The position numbers and the translations under genes are program-made. The notes under the pieces were generated by a model. That model saw nothing but the letters and a program-made list of their open reading frames with translations, was not told where the DNA came from and did not search any database. A stretch of 64,000 nt of DNA from an uncultured bacterium (lineage in GTDB: Bacteria; Babelota; Babeliae; Babelales; JACPOV01), in NCBI GenBank assembly GCA_963744715.1, contig CAVUUR010000012.1, positions 96,001-160,000 on the forward strand, written 5' to 3'. Positions 10,646 through 20,723 of this stretch are shown here, one piece after another (the stretch's first letter is position 1; each line of letters starts with the position of its first letter).

Positions 10646-11032
10646 TTACGCTTTATCTGAAGTATCTGAAAAACATGATTTCATCATTACAGCAAGCGAA
10701 AACCCTATAAAATTTGCTGCTGCATGCCCAAAACCTCCCAGATTATTCTTCTCATGCACATATACCGGGAAAAGTATTGATGCAATACAAGGAACACCCC
10801 TGATAATATCCCCTCCAACTAAAGAACCTTTGTAGGCAACCTCCAATTCTTCCATTTTTTTTTCAAATAGCAACCTCCCTGAATGTGCGGTAAAAGATGT
10901 GCCAACTTCCATAGTAAAATCTTTTGTCATTTGCCATCGGCTAATTTTTGCGTTTTTTTCATTAATATTTTCTGAGTGTACAGGAATCACAGCTAACAAG
11001 CTGCCCAACAGTATCATACTAACAAAAATCAT
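10646..11032 (-). CDS. Small membrane protein, paralog 3 of 3
   Basis: KDFTMEVGTSFTAH; YVHEKNNLGGFGHAAANFIGF. Confidence 0.75.
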   Translation of the reverse strand: MIFVSMILLGSLLAVIPVHSENINEKNAKISRWQMTKDFTMEVGTSFTAHSGRLLFEKKMEELEVAYKGSLVGGDIIRGVPCIASILFPVYVHEKNNLGGFGHAAANFIGFSLAVMMKSCFSDTSDKA

Positions 11033-11224
11033 GTATTTCCCTTCATGAAAAATTTTAACGTACAGGTTCAAAAAGCATTGGTAACTGTATACTATTTATG
11101 CAAAGAGTGTCAAATATACGTAAAAAATTTGCATTAAATTTAATGTAATAGTATTGAATATATTCAATACCAGTTGATAATATAAAAATGACGGTAAAAA
11201 ATTATAAAAAAAAGGAGAAGGTCT

Positions 11225-11401
11225 ATGTTGTTAGATTGGGTTATAATTTTTTTCATTATTGCTTTAATTGCAGGCTTTTTTGGGTTTTCTGGCATAGCCG
11301 GGGACAGTGCTCAAATTGCAAAAATATTATTTGTTCTCTTTCTGATTATGTTTGTAATATCCTTGGTACTACGCACAACAAATCGTCCTCCGAACCCATA
11401 A
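11225..11401 (+). CDS. DUF1328 (YtjA/UPF0391-like) small membrane protein, 58 aa, absent from the ORF track
   Basis: [48 protein letters not shown]...; AAGGAG RBS upstream. Confidence 0.9.
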   Translation: MLLDWVIIFFIIALIAGFFGFSGIAGDSAQIAKILFVLFLIMFVISLVLRTTNRPPNP

Positions 11402-11524
11402 TAGTCAGAAATATAATTTGTATAGTAGAGAGAAGATTTTACTTGGCATAGTGTCATATCAAGTAAAATCTTGCATACTTTTTTTTCATCATCGTATACT
11501 AGTTGATAGGGATACGAGGGATAT

Positions 11525-12505
11525 ATGAAAAAAAAATATACTGCTACCATAGTACTTATCTGTATATATTCATCTATACTATCGTCTGATCCAACAGAAC
11601 CACATTTTATGATACGAAATTTTATTGCCTATAATAGTGAGCAAACTATAGCCTATCTTTTTGCCCATGGATTAGGCGCAACGCAACAGCAAGCAATCAC
11701 TCTTTTTGCACATGTACGCGAAAAAGATCTCTATAATGATAGTTATATTTATAATCCTTTTTGGATCATCGATGATCCTATCGTTCTTTTTGATTTTCCA
11801 GATGCAAAAGATAGAGAAAATGAATATCGACAACAATATGTTAATTTGGGGCAAAAGCAGGATATGCAACGTTTTGATTTAGCCTATCATAAGGCAATGA
11901 ATGAACTCCCTCATCATAATTTTGTTTTCGTTGGTGTATCTCGTGGCGCTGCAACAACTATAAATTACGTTGGGTTATACAAGCCACAAAAGGTACGTGC
12001 TCTTGTGATAGAATCATCATTTGACAGTATAACAACCGTTGTAAAACATCTCTTGAAAAGATTCTATATTGATTGGTTACCATTCTCAACGGAAATTGGG
12101 CTAAAAATAGCGCAAGCACAATTTGCCAATTTTGATACTGAGGGAATTTTTCCGAGCGCTACCATACTTAAGTTACCGCCTTCTCTGCCTATTATTTTTG
12201 TTCATTCACAAAAAGATCGTGTTATTCCTATTAAAAGTTCTCGCACCTTATACGTGGCACTTAAAGCATTGGGATATCAACATGTATACTTATTGGAATT
12301 AGAAGCCGGTCTCCATGGAAAATTAATGCTCGGATCAGAAGCCTCCACGTATCAAAATGTGGTACATGCTTTTTACAAAAAATATCATTTACCGTACAAC
12401 CATGAGTTTGCCCGTTTGGGGGATCCACTTTTGGCATTATGCCAACCGTCAATTGCCGAAATTATGTATCGATTAAAAAATAAAAAAAGTATCTCTACAA
12501 CCTAG
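11525..12505 (+). CDS. Secreted alpha/beta hydrolase
   Basis: AHGLG oxyanion motif, GVSRG nucleophile elbow, HSQKD acid, LH base. Confidence 0.85.
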   Translation: MKKKYTATIVLICIYSSILSSDPTEPHFMIRNFIAYNSEQTIAYLFAHGLGATQQQAITLFAHVREKDLYNDSYIYNPFWIIDDPIVLFDFPDAKDRENEYRQQYVNLGQKQDMQRFDLAYHKAMNELPHHNFVFVGVSRGAATTINYVGLYKPQKVRALVIESSFDSITTVVKHLLKRFYIDWLPFSTEIGLKIAQAQFANFDTEGIFPSATILKLPPSLPIIFVHSQKDRVIPIKSSRTLYVALKALGYQHVYLLELEAGLHGKLMLGSEASTYQNVVHAFYKKYHLPYNHEFARLGDPLLALCQPSIAEIMYRLKNKKSISTT

Positions 12506-12553
12506 TAACCTATTGTTTCATCTTAGCCGATACGAATTTCTACCGATATTTTT

Positions 12554-14737
12554 TTAAGAACAAGTCATTGGTATGTCAAGCGTAGCACAAACTTCTTTGA
12601 GAAGTGCTGGAACTATGTTAGTATCTCCGATGCCAATAAGAGATCTAATACATGAACGTTTAGTGCTGATGCCCAAATGCTTTGATTCTAACAATTGCAA
12701 GAAGCGATAAACATTTTTTTCTGAATTTAATGCATTAAAAAACCAAGCTTCAACCTTACTAAAATGCTTATTCCATTCATAATAATTCTCATCTATACCG
12801 GAATCAGAAACTATACGTATATCATCTAGATCAGAAATTACAGCTTTACTAATTCCCCAGGCAACATCGGCATTGTTCATTAAAATATGCTTAATATTAG
12901 GATGTATATCCAACGTTTCTAAACAATTTTTGTCTACTAAAGAACGCCCCAATTTAAGGTAAGCATCTTCTGCTGAAATACTCTTACATAATGCTATAAT
13001 GGTTTCATCGCATTGTAAGGTTCGATTGTTCTTGAGCATACTGATAATAGTATCAATTTTCGCTTCATCATTATCTAAACGAGATGAACATAAATCATGC
13101 ATAGCTAATTTATGGGATTCGTTATTGAAATATCCTGTATTATAGGGATTTGGTACGAGACCTTGTAGATACATACTGTTCTGCACTTCTAACGATGCTA
13201 TATGAGTATTTTTATAGTGATTGGCGAGATCTTCCGAAAGGGTTTTCCCCAAATTTCGACTATAAACGGAGGATTTTGATGCATCACTTGGTAGTTTAAT
13301 ATCGGTATGTCCTGGCATAAAGCGTAACAGAAGTTCTTTTCTCGATGCTTGGGAATTACAATACGTAAAGGTTATTGTAATCTGAGCTTCATTATCATCC
13401 TTAACATCATCGGCAACAAACTCCACGGTTCTTTTGTTATCGGATAACTGCTTGCCCAATTCATCTAATGTTGTTGCATTAGTATTTAAAAGGTAGTTTG
13501 TTAGATTAATGAGATTTGATATACGACCATTAAGATCATAATTGCCTTTTTTATATTTTAGAAAATCATGCCCTGAAACCATATTCATCCAGGCTTGACC
13601 AACATTTTTATCGCTAACCTCAGATAATGAAGCATGATCCGTATAAAATTGTTTAAGTTTTTCATGTGGGTTGATGTTATCGGGAAGCATGGTCAAATCA
13701 AACGTTGTTGATCCTGGTCTATAGCACAACCAATTGAAAATATTATGCATAGAGGCCTCCATACAATTAGGAGTAGAAGCTTGATTTCGATATGAGTATA
13801 AACTTAGTTCAACTCGTGATGGCATTGCCATTTGTTTCTCTTTAACGATAGTATGGACGGTTTGCTCATAATGATCTTGCGACGTTACAAATTTTTGCTG
13901 CTCATTGTTACTCCATTCGCAAGGAATTTTTTGCAAATCATCTACATAGGTATCAAGGTCGGTATCCGTGTACATGGCATCAACGTACTGTTCATGGCCA
14001 TCTTTAATAACAGGCGTGTAGGTACTAATGTTATCAAAATACTGTTTAACTTCATCTTTTTTTTCAGCCTTTTTATACAAAAAACCATTTAAAATCGAAT
14101 GGACCGTATAAGGCAAATAACGACTTGTTTGATTTGTTGGATCACATTCATCAGCTGATTGCGCAATAAGAGAAATAAGATTATGTACTTTCTTTTCTGA
14201 AAGGGCTTCGCCTTTATTTTTTTCCTTGTGCGTTGCACGCCATTGTTTAGTAATGGCATCAATAGTTTCAGGCTTCTGTAATGAACCGTTTTCTAAGGCA
14301 CCTACGATAGTTCCTAATACCGCAGGCGTTAGTGATGATCCCGGCAGTGATTTATTATTAGTAGGTTTAAACTCTTCTCCATGTGCATGAAAAAGACCTT
14401 TTCCTGTGGCCCCTAACAATTGCACCATAGCATCGTTTTTATTGCCATAGGTATATAAATTTTTTAAATAACCACTTTCTATGAAAGCGGCTCCATGTAC
14501 AGGAGATAGATGTTTTTTGGTATCATGCAAAGAGCTATAGAGCCCTTTTAATTGGTCTATGTGTAGAAATCGGTTAAAATTACCAAAACTCATGTTTTTT
14601 ACCCCTAAATGCGAAAAATTTGGGGGTATATGAGCAAAATTTCCTGATTTAGACCAATTAGGCTTATAGCTTACCATGGGTTTTAAGGTTCCCATACCAG
14701 CTAAAAGGGAAAAAATTACTATTTTTTGAATTTTCAT
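12554..14737 (-). CDS. Large secreted hypothetical protein (possible Cys/His catalytic effector)
   Basis: 727 aa ORF with signal peptide; PNCMEASMHNIF and PGHTDI motifs. Confidence 0.75.
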   Translation of the reverse strand: MKIQKIVIFSLLAGMGTLKPMVSYKPNWSKSGNFAHIPPNFSHLGVKNMSFGNFNRFLHIDQLKGLYSSLHDTKKHLSPVHGAAFIESGYLKNLYTYGNKNDAMVQLLGATGKGLFHAHGEEFKPTNNKSLPGSSLTPAVLGTIVGALENGSLQKPETIDAITKQWRATHKEKNKGEALSEKKVHNLISLIAQSADECDPTNQTSRYLPYTVHSILNGFLYKKAEKKDEVKQYFDNISTYTPVIKDGHEQYVDAMYTDTDLDTYVDDLQKIPCEWSNNEQQKFVTSQDHYEQTVHTIVKEKQMAMPSRVELSLYSYRNQASTPNCMEASMHNIFNWLCYRPGSTTFDLTMLPDNINPHEKLKQFYTDHASLSEVSDKNVGQAWMNMVSGHDFLKYKKGNYDLNGRISNLINLTNYLLNTNATTLDELGKQLSDNKRTVEFVADDVKDDNEAQITITFTYCNSQASRKELLLRFMPGHTDIKLPSDASKSSVYSRNLGKTLSEDLANHYKNTHIASLEVQNSMYLQGLVPNPYNTGYFNNESHKLAMHDLCSSRLDNDEAKIDTIISMLKNNRTLQCDETIIALCKSISAEDAYLKLGRSLVDKNCLETLDIHPNIKHILMNNADVAWGISKAVISDLDDIRIVSDSGIDENYYEWNKHFSKVEAWFFNALNSEKNVYRFLQLLESKHLGISTKRSCIRSLIGIGDTNIVPALLKEVCATLDIPMTCS

Positions 14738-14908
14738 AAAAACCTCAGAATAAATACCTTTTTTACTATTTATCTTTATTTCTATTATTAATTATATTAT
14801 ATTGGTCAAAAATTTCAAGGGGGGTGATTATTAGGTATATTTTTTGCACAATCCCCAAAAATCTACTATTCTTTTCAGGGTAAAAACACGTAAAAAAAAA
14901 GGAACATT

Positions 14909-16168
14909 ATGCAACGATGTATTAATATTTTGCTGTTATTGCTGACAACATCCATTAATGCAATGGACGAATTCCCATTAGACCCTAGATGCAAGAAAAT
15001 AGTAGAATCATTTGAAAAAACACCGTACAACCAAATTCATCAAGCGAAAATCCCCTCGCTGAAAGAATTATGTTTGCCAGTTATCCCCGAAGTTATTGCC
15101 AAAAAATGCCGCCTCAAAGAAAATACTTTTTATGAAGATTACTCCGAGGCAGACAAGCAAAAAATTGGTAACGTTATGCAACAAATTCCACGTGAACTTC
15201 ATCAGCCAATAATTTCTGCATGTTTGTTGCCAAATTTTAAAAAAAAACCTGAAACCGTGGTGCTTGATGGTACCTTCAGAAATGTTTCACCTAATCACAC
15301 CTATATATGCCTCGCTCTAGATAAAACACTATCAATTCTCGACACAAAACAACATTATAATGTTGTTAAAAGAATTACATGCAATGAGTATTGTAGAAGT
15401 GCGGTATTTTCAGAAGACAGTAATTCCCTAGCATATTTATCGTTACAATCGTTATCGGTATATGATTTGGTTAGTGAACAAAATAAAAAAGTAATTAACA
15501 ATCTTCCTTTGGATTTATTTGCATTTAATAATGTAGAAATATTGGCAGCTAATAGTGGTAAGCTATCACTATGGAATTTCAAAGACGATATGCCATCTTC
15601 TCGCATCCATGATCTTACATTCGTTAAAAAATCAGTCTTTTGTACCAATAATAGATTAGCGTTTATTAAGTGGGCGAATAAATGCATTACCATATTGGAT
15701 ATAGATGCAAATACATTGAAAATACTTAAAGGTCATACCGATGATGATATTCATGATCTTAAATCGCATAACAAAGATTTTAAAACAACGCTGGCATCAG
15801 CATCAAAGGATAAGACAATACGAATATGGAATATTGATAAAACCGGAGGTGACGAATGTATTGCTATTTTACCACAACTTTCTTCTGCGATGGATTTTAA
15901 CCCAGATGGAACGTTGCTCATAGCAAGTTACGACAAAACTATGTATCTATGGAACATAGCAACACAAGAGTGTATAGCTTCGTACACTGATCAAAATATT
16001 TACCCAATTCATTTTATTTCTTGGGCTCATAATGGAAGTTCTATTATTATTACGCATGACAAAGATAAACCCACCTACCCTAGCACACTGTATACATTTA
16101 ATATCCCCTACGCTGCGTTAGGTAATTATCTTGCACAACTAAAAAAATCTCAAGAAGACATTCTATGA
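14909..16168 (+). CDS. Secreted WD40 protein with BC-box/Cul2-box-like N-terminus, 1 of 3
   Basis: LKGHTDD, LASASKDKTIRIWN, FNPDG..YLWN; IPSLKELCLPVI and IPRELHQPI. Confidence 0.88.
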   Translation: MQRCINILLLLLTTSINAMDEFPLDPRCKKIVESFEKTPYNQIHQAKIPSLKELCLPVIPEVIAKKCRLKENTFYEDYSEADKQKIGNVMQQIPRELHQPIISACLLPNFKKKPETVVLDGTFRNVSPNHTYICLALDKTLSILDTKQHYNVVKRITCNEYCRSAVFSEDSNSLAYLSLQSLSVYDLVSEQNKKVINNLPLDLFAFNNVEILAANSGKLSLWNFKDDMPSSRIHDLTFVKKSVFCTNNRLAFIKWANKCITILDIDANTLKILKGHTDDDIHDLKSHNKDFKTTLASASKDKTIRIWNIDKTGGDECIAILPQLSSAMDFNPDGTLLIASYDKTMYLWNIATQECIASYTDQNIYPIHFISWAHNGSSIIITHDKDKPTYPSTLYTFNIPYAALGNYLAQLKKSQEDIL

Positions 16169-17385
16169 AATTATTAATTCAGCTTTTGCTCATATTGTTA
16201 ACAATACCGATACATGCAATGGAATTAGCCAAATGTTCTCAACAAGGCCAAACAATCCCCTCACTCAAAGATTTGTGTTTACCGGTTGCTCTTAGAATTA
16301 TTGAAAACAACTATCAGCGTTCTTATGAAACGTTACATAATATTATGCAACAAATCCCCCAGGATCTTCATCAACCAATAATTTCTGCATTTAATACATT
16401 AGCACCTGACGATTTTAATCATAAGGAAAAGTGTCTGGCTATTTCATCCGATCATGATTATGCATGTTTAGCTAATGATGAAAAGCTATCAATTCTTGGT
16501 ATAAGAGAAAACAAGCTCATTGCAAAAATTCCATGTTCGGGGCATATAGAAAGTGCTCTATTTTCAGACGGAAAACCTTATATAGCCTATATAACACCCG
16601 ATCGACAATCATTTACTGCACAGTTATTGCATATAGGTACTTTAACAACGCGCGTAAATAATATAATTGATATGACCAATGAAAAATTTTTTACTTTTGA
16701 TAATACGTCTTTACGTTTGCAGGCATTCAATAATTCAACATTATTAGCAACCGATTTATTTGCAACCGATAACGATCACCTCTGGATCTATGATTATGAA
16801 ACGGATCAAAATTTGCGTAAGTATGATATTAAACGTATCGATCGAGCAATTTTTTGTAATAATAATACTATAGCCTATACCAACTGGCATAATCAGAATA
16901 TCAACCTTTTTAACATAGATTCGGGTAACAACATAAGAACAATAGAACATCCTAATATTTTTATTCATAGTCTTAAGGCATATAACGATAATATTACACT
17001 ATTACTGGCGTCGGTATCAGAAGATCAAAAAGCACGCATATGGGATACTGATAAACCTGAAGGCGAGGAATGCATTGCTACATTAGAACATTCATCGCCT
17101 GTTTTTGCACTATGTTTTAATCCTTCTGGGCAATTAATAGCAACGGGCGGTAAAAACTCTATTTACCTTTGGGAGATAAACTCTAAACAGTGCATAGCCT
17201 CTTATACCTATGATACTAATAACACATTAATTAATTTCATTTTTTGGACTCGTGATAACGCTATAATTAGTAACCGCAGAAGAAGCAAAGAAACATCAAT
17301 AATAAGTAGATTAAAAGTCCCTTATATTATATTAGGTCATTATCTTGCCACCTTAAGCAATTCTGAACAAAAAAAATTAATGTAA
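16165..17385 (+). CDS. Secreted WD40 protein with BC-box/Cul2-box-like N-terminus, 2 of 3
   Basis: LASVSEDQKARIWD, FNPSG..YLWE; IPSLKDLCLPVA and IPQDLHQPI; ATGA overlap with the previous gene. Confidence 0.88.
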   Translation: MKLLIQLLLILLTIPIHAMELAKCSQQGQTIPSLKDLCLPVALRIIENNYQRSYETLHNIMQQIPQDLHQPIISAFNTLAPDDFNHKEKCLAISSDHDYACLANDEKLSILGIRENKLIAKIPCSGHIESALFSDGKPYIAYITPDRQSFTAQLLHIGTLTTRVNNIIDMTNEKFFTFDNTSLRLQAFNNSTLLATDLFATDNDHLWIYDYETDQNLRKYDIKRIDRAIFCNNNTIAYTNWHNQNINLFNIDSGNNIRTIEHPNIFIHSLKAYNDNITLLLASVSEDQKARIWDTDKPEGEECIATLEHSSPVFALCFNPSGQLIATGGKNSIYLWEINSKQCIASYTYDTNNTLINFIFWTRDNAIISNRRRSKETSIISRLKVPYIILGHYLATLSNSEQKKLM

Positions 17386-17466
17386 TAGTTCTTCTTTTCA
17401 TGTTTATAATTCTGTAGTACAATCTGAGCCGTCTCTAAAAATAAAGTGTTTAATCAAAGGAACATC

Positions 17467-18741
17467 ATGAAGTTGCTCATTCAGCAGATTGTAATACTTC
17501 TTATCCTGACAATACCTATGTATGCAATGGAATTGGCCCCGCAAAATCACAATAAAATACCATCACTCAAAGATTTATGTTTGCCTTTTATTCCCGAGGT
17601 TATTGCAAAAAAATGCAACCCTAAAAGCACCTATCATTCTTTGGAAAATAAGCAGATTCTCGACAGTATCATGCAAAAAATCCCCAATGACCTTCATCCA
17701 AAAATCATTTCTGCCTGCGCGGTACCCACTTTAAAAAAACGTCCTAAAGATCTTATACTTCCATTAGAAACCAACACACTAAGAGCAATTTCATCAAACA
17801 ATACCTTGGCATGCTTGACTCATGATCGAACATTATCAGTTATTAATATGCACGATAATACGGTCATTAAAGAAATTACCTACGATGCCCCAATCATCGA
17901 TGCTTTATTTTCAGATGATGCTAAGTATGTAGCCTGTTTATCAAACAAATCAATGACGATGTATGAGTTGGGCGGTGAGTGGAATCAAGAAATATGGGAT
18001 ACAAAAAAAAGTAACGTACTTGTTAATTTAGATGGATTTAAGTTACATGCATTCAATGGTAAGGCACTATTAGCAACGAGCCCTACTGAAACGGACATAT
18101 TTGTACGTTGTACTAAGCACTTTTCTCGCCTTATCTATCCTTTGCACGATGTGAAAAAATCCTTTTTTTGTAGCGACAACCTATTGGTATTGAGTTTTAA
18201 AAAAGATTATTCTCCCGGGATGATCGCAGTTTACGATGTAGCGTTAGGGGAAAACATCAAAACACTTAATGACCATACAAAGGCGATTAGTGATATTAAG
18301 GGATATAGCAACAATAATACAATAGTACTGGCTTCGGCATCGAAAGATAAAACAGTGCGAATATGCGATATTAGTAAACCCAACGGCAAAGAATGCATTG
18401 CCACATTAGAGCATATTTGCGCAGTTGATGCACTATGTTTTAGCCCTAACGGAAAAGTAATGCTGACGGGCATAAATGATAATTCAACAATCTCCCTATG
18501 GGATATACAATCTGAACAGCGTATCGCTTCATATACCTATAATGATGATACTATTCCATCATTAAGGTCTTGTTATACTTTTCAGCTGCCCACTGATTTT
18601 ATTTCATGGTCCAGTGATGGGAACTCTTTTATTGTTAAACGTGGGAAAAATCATGCTATCGCCCGATTGAGTAGTTGGAAAATTCCTTATGCAATCTTAG
18701 GTCGTTATCTTGCTACCTTATTACCTGAGAAGGAAGCCTAA
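17467..18741 (+). CDS. Secreted WD40 protein with BC-box/Cul2-box-like N-terminus, 3 of 3
   Basis: LNDHT, LASASKDKTVRICD, FSPNG..SLWD; IPSLKDLCLPFI and IPNDLHPKI; AAGGAA RBS before ATG 17467. Confidence 0.88.
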   Translation: MKLLIQQIVILLILTIPMYAMELAPQNHNKIPSLKDLCLPFIPEVIAKKCNPKSTYHSLENKQILDSIMQKIPNDLHPKIISACAVPTLKKRPKDLILPLETNTLRAISSNNTLACLTHDRTLSVINMHDNTVIKEITYDAPIIDALFSDDAKYVACLSNKSMTMYELGGEWNQEIWDTKKSNVLVNLDGFKLHAFNGKALLATSPTETDIFVRCTKHFSRLIYPLHDVKKSFFCSDNLLVLSFKKDYSPGMIAVYDVALGENIKTLNDHTKAISDIKGYSNNNTIVLASASKDKTVRICDISKPNGKECIATLEHICAVDALCFSPNGKVMLTGINDNSTISLWDIQSEQRIASYTYNDDTIPSLRSCYTFQLPTDFISWSSDGNSFIVKRGKNHAIARLSSWKIPYAILGRYLATLLPEKEA

Positions 18742-18788
18742 CTATCAATCCGAACCGTGTAAAAAATAAAAGGTAAAGGAAATACGCT

Positions 18789-19247
18789 ATGAAAAATAAT
18801 CTATGGTTACTGATAAGTATATTTTGTTCACCGCTCTACGGTGTTATTCAAAAAATAGCAATAACTGATAAAAGTTTTGAGTTACTGAAACCTTCATTAG
18901 CCCAATTCCATTCCGAATCTCGTGCATATGCATCTAAAGTCAGTGAACCGAATCACTATCCATCTGTTGAGCGATTAAAATCAAAATTACCCAGCATAGC
19001 ACTTTTTTTGGCACGTTTTACATTAGCTGATTCAAGCACCTGCTATTGTACTTTTGAAAATGATAACGATATCAATCAGTTTATAAAGCAGAAAGATACA
19101 TGGCGTACTATTCATTGGTATTATCTGAAAACTGACTTCCTACACTACTGTAAAAATGGATTACATAAAAATTTATTGTTGGTCAGAGATAAAGATGGTT
19201 TAGTAGTTATCGATCAAAAATCTTCGTTACTAGTAAGTAAGTATTAA
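18789..19247 (+). CDS. Secreted hypothetical protein, paralog of 19272..19718
   Basis: Shared CSPL, LLKxSLxxFH, FLAR, TWxxIHWYYLK and SKY end. Confidence 0.8.
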   Translation: MKNNLWLLISIFCSPLYGVIQKIAITDKSFELLKPSLAQFHSESRAYASKVSEPNHYPSVERLKSKLPSIALFLARFTLADSSTCYCTFENDNDINQFIKQKDTWRTIHWYYLKTDFLHYCKNGLHKNLLLVRDKDGLVVIDQKSSLLVSKY

Positions 19248-19271
19248 ATACAAAAAACAAAGGAATGATGT

Positions 19272-19718
19272 ATGAATAATACCGCTGTTGTAATACTATT
19301 AACTATATTGTGTTCACCGTTGTGTGCAACCATCAAAGAGGCAGATATCACTAACGATAATTTTACATTACTGAAATCATCATTAGTAGAATTTCATAAC
19401 ACATCTCATGCATCTCATACATCTGAAAACTTGTCTTCATCCCTCGTTCCATTACAATCGGAAGCAAGGGTGTTTTTGGCGCGAGTTACTACCTGGGATT
19501 TAAAGAACCATTATTTTACGTTTAATAATGGCGATGATGTAAAAAAACTTATCGAAAATAAAAGTACTTGGTGCGCTATTCATTGGTATTATTTAAAACC
19601 GGATATTCAAGTGTATATTAATTACAAAGATAATATGCACCCAGACTTATTGGTATTTAAAGAAAATAACACATTAAAAGTTATTAATAGAAATACACGG
19701 TTAAAAAGTAAGTACTAA
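19272..19718 (+). CDS. Secreted hypothetical protein, paralog of 18789..19247
   Basis: Same shared motifs as the neighbour. Confidence 0.8.
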   Translation: MNNTAVVILLTILCSPLCATIKEADITNDNFTLLKSSLVEFHNTSHASHTSENLSSSLVPLQSEARVFLARVTTWDLKNHYFTFNNGDDVKKLIENKSTWCAIHWYYLKPDIQVYINYKDNMHPDLLVFKENNTLKVINRNTRLKSKY

Positions 19719-19722
19719 ATGC

Positions 19723-19754
19723 AAAAAAATAAGGGACGCATTACACGTCCCTTT
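19723..19754. terminator. Intrinsic terminator between convergent genes
   Basis: AAGGGACG-cattaca-CGTCCCTT stem with flanking A and T tracts. Confidence 0.75.
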
Positions 19755-19776
19755 GCTTATTATTAGTCAATAATAA

Positions 19777-20262
19777 TTAGCTTTCGCTGCTGCTACCAAA
19801 TAAATCTGTCAATATTCCTTTTTTTGGTGTTTCGGTAGCCATTTTACCGGCTGCTGTTGAATAACCCTTTTTGAAGGTATCAACTTCTTTTTGGTTTTCA
19901 GTACCAAGCTCTTGGGCCTTAGCTTTAAATTTATCCCAAAGTGCTACCCATTCTGCAGTTTGTTTATCATGTAATTTGATCATTTCTTCAAGTTCACGAC
20001 TTAATAAATCTGCAACGTTTGCGCCGTTTGATTTAAATTCATCTAAGAATTTCTTTTTAAGTTCAAAGATTTCATTATGATGCTTAATCATCAAGTCAAA
20101 TTTTGCATCATGGAAGTCCTTAGTAAAGGTCAACCAATCTTTTTTCTCTTTCTCAACGATATTAATAAACTTAGTTAAGTCAGATACTACCGTTGATAAT
20201 TCAGCACCTTTTACCACCATTGGGGCAATAAAAAGCGCTACTATTAATAATAATTTCTTCAT
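19777..20262 (-). CDS. Secreted alpha-helical/coiled-coil protein
   Basis: MKKLLLIVALF signal peptide; K/E-rich helices; GAGGT RBS. Confidence 0.8.
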   Translation of the reverse strand: MKKLLLIVALFIAPMVVKGAELSTVVSDLTKFINIVEKEKKDWLTFTKDFHDAKFDLMIKHHNEIFELKKKFLDEFKSNGANVADLLSRELEEMIKLHDKQTAEWVALWDKFKAKAQELGTENQKEVDTFKKGYSTAAGKMATETPKKGILTDLFGSSSES

Positions 20263-20551
20263 ACATTACCTCTTTCTTTTTTTGTTACACATTTAAATTT
20301 TGCAAAAAATCATAATGTTAGATTAATAAGGCCTTTTTTTAACCCTATTATCTATTATTAATATACCACAAAAACCCTTTATAATTCAACATATTGCGCA
20401 ATAGAATTAAATATTATTGACTTTTAAGATAAGAATAGGCTAGTTACCCATTTAGGGGCTTATATACATAGCCTGTAATTAATGGTATTATCGAGTAGAT
20501 TTTTTTGATAATTAAAACGCGTTAAATCAGTATTTAAATAAGGTTTTTACT

Positions 20552-20719
20552 ATGAACAAAGGCGGATTTTCTTGGCAAAGATTCTTAGGTATTTCTGCAT
20601 TCAAATCAAGAATTTCACGGTACATAGGAATACCATTAACGCGGTCAGGGAGACAACGAAAAATCGGTGCTTTTATAGAACAGTACATAATCAAATTATT
20701 CAAGAAAAAATTGCAATAG
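20552..20719 (+). CDS. Small basic protein, 55 aa, absent from the ORF track
   Basis: MNKGGFSWQRFLGISAFKSRISRYIGIPLTRSGRQRKIG...; resembles a widespread small hypothetical family (FSWKRxxG...GIPxTxxGRQRK), recalled from memory; AAGG RBS. Confidence 0.7.
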   Translation: MNKGGFSWQRFLGISAFKSRISRYIGIPLTRSGRQRKIGAFIEQYIIKLFKKKLQ

Positions 20720-20723
20720 TTAA

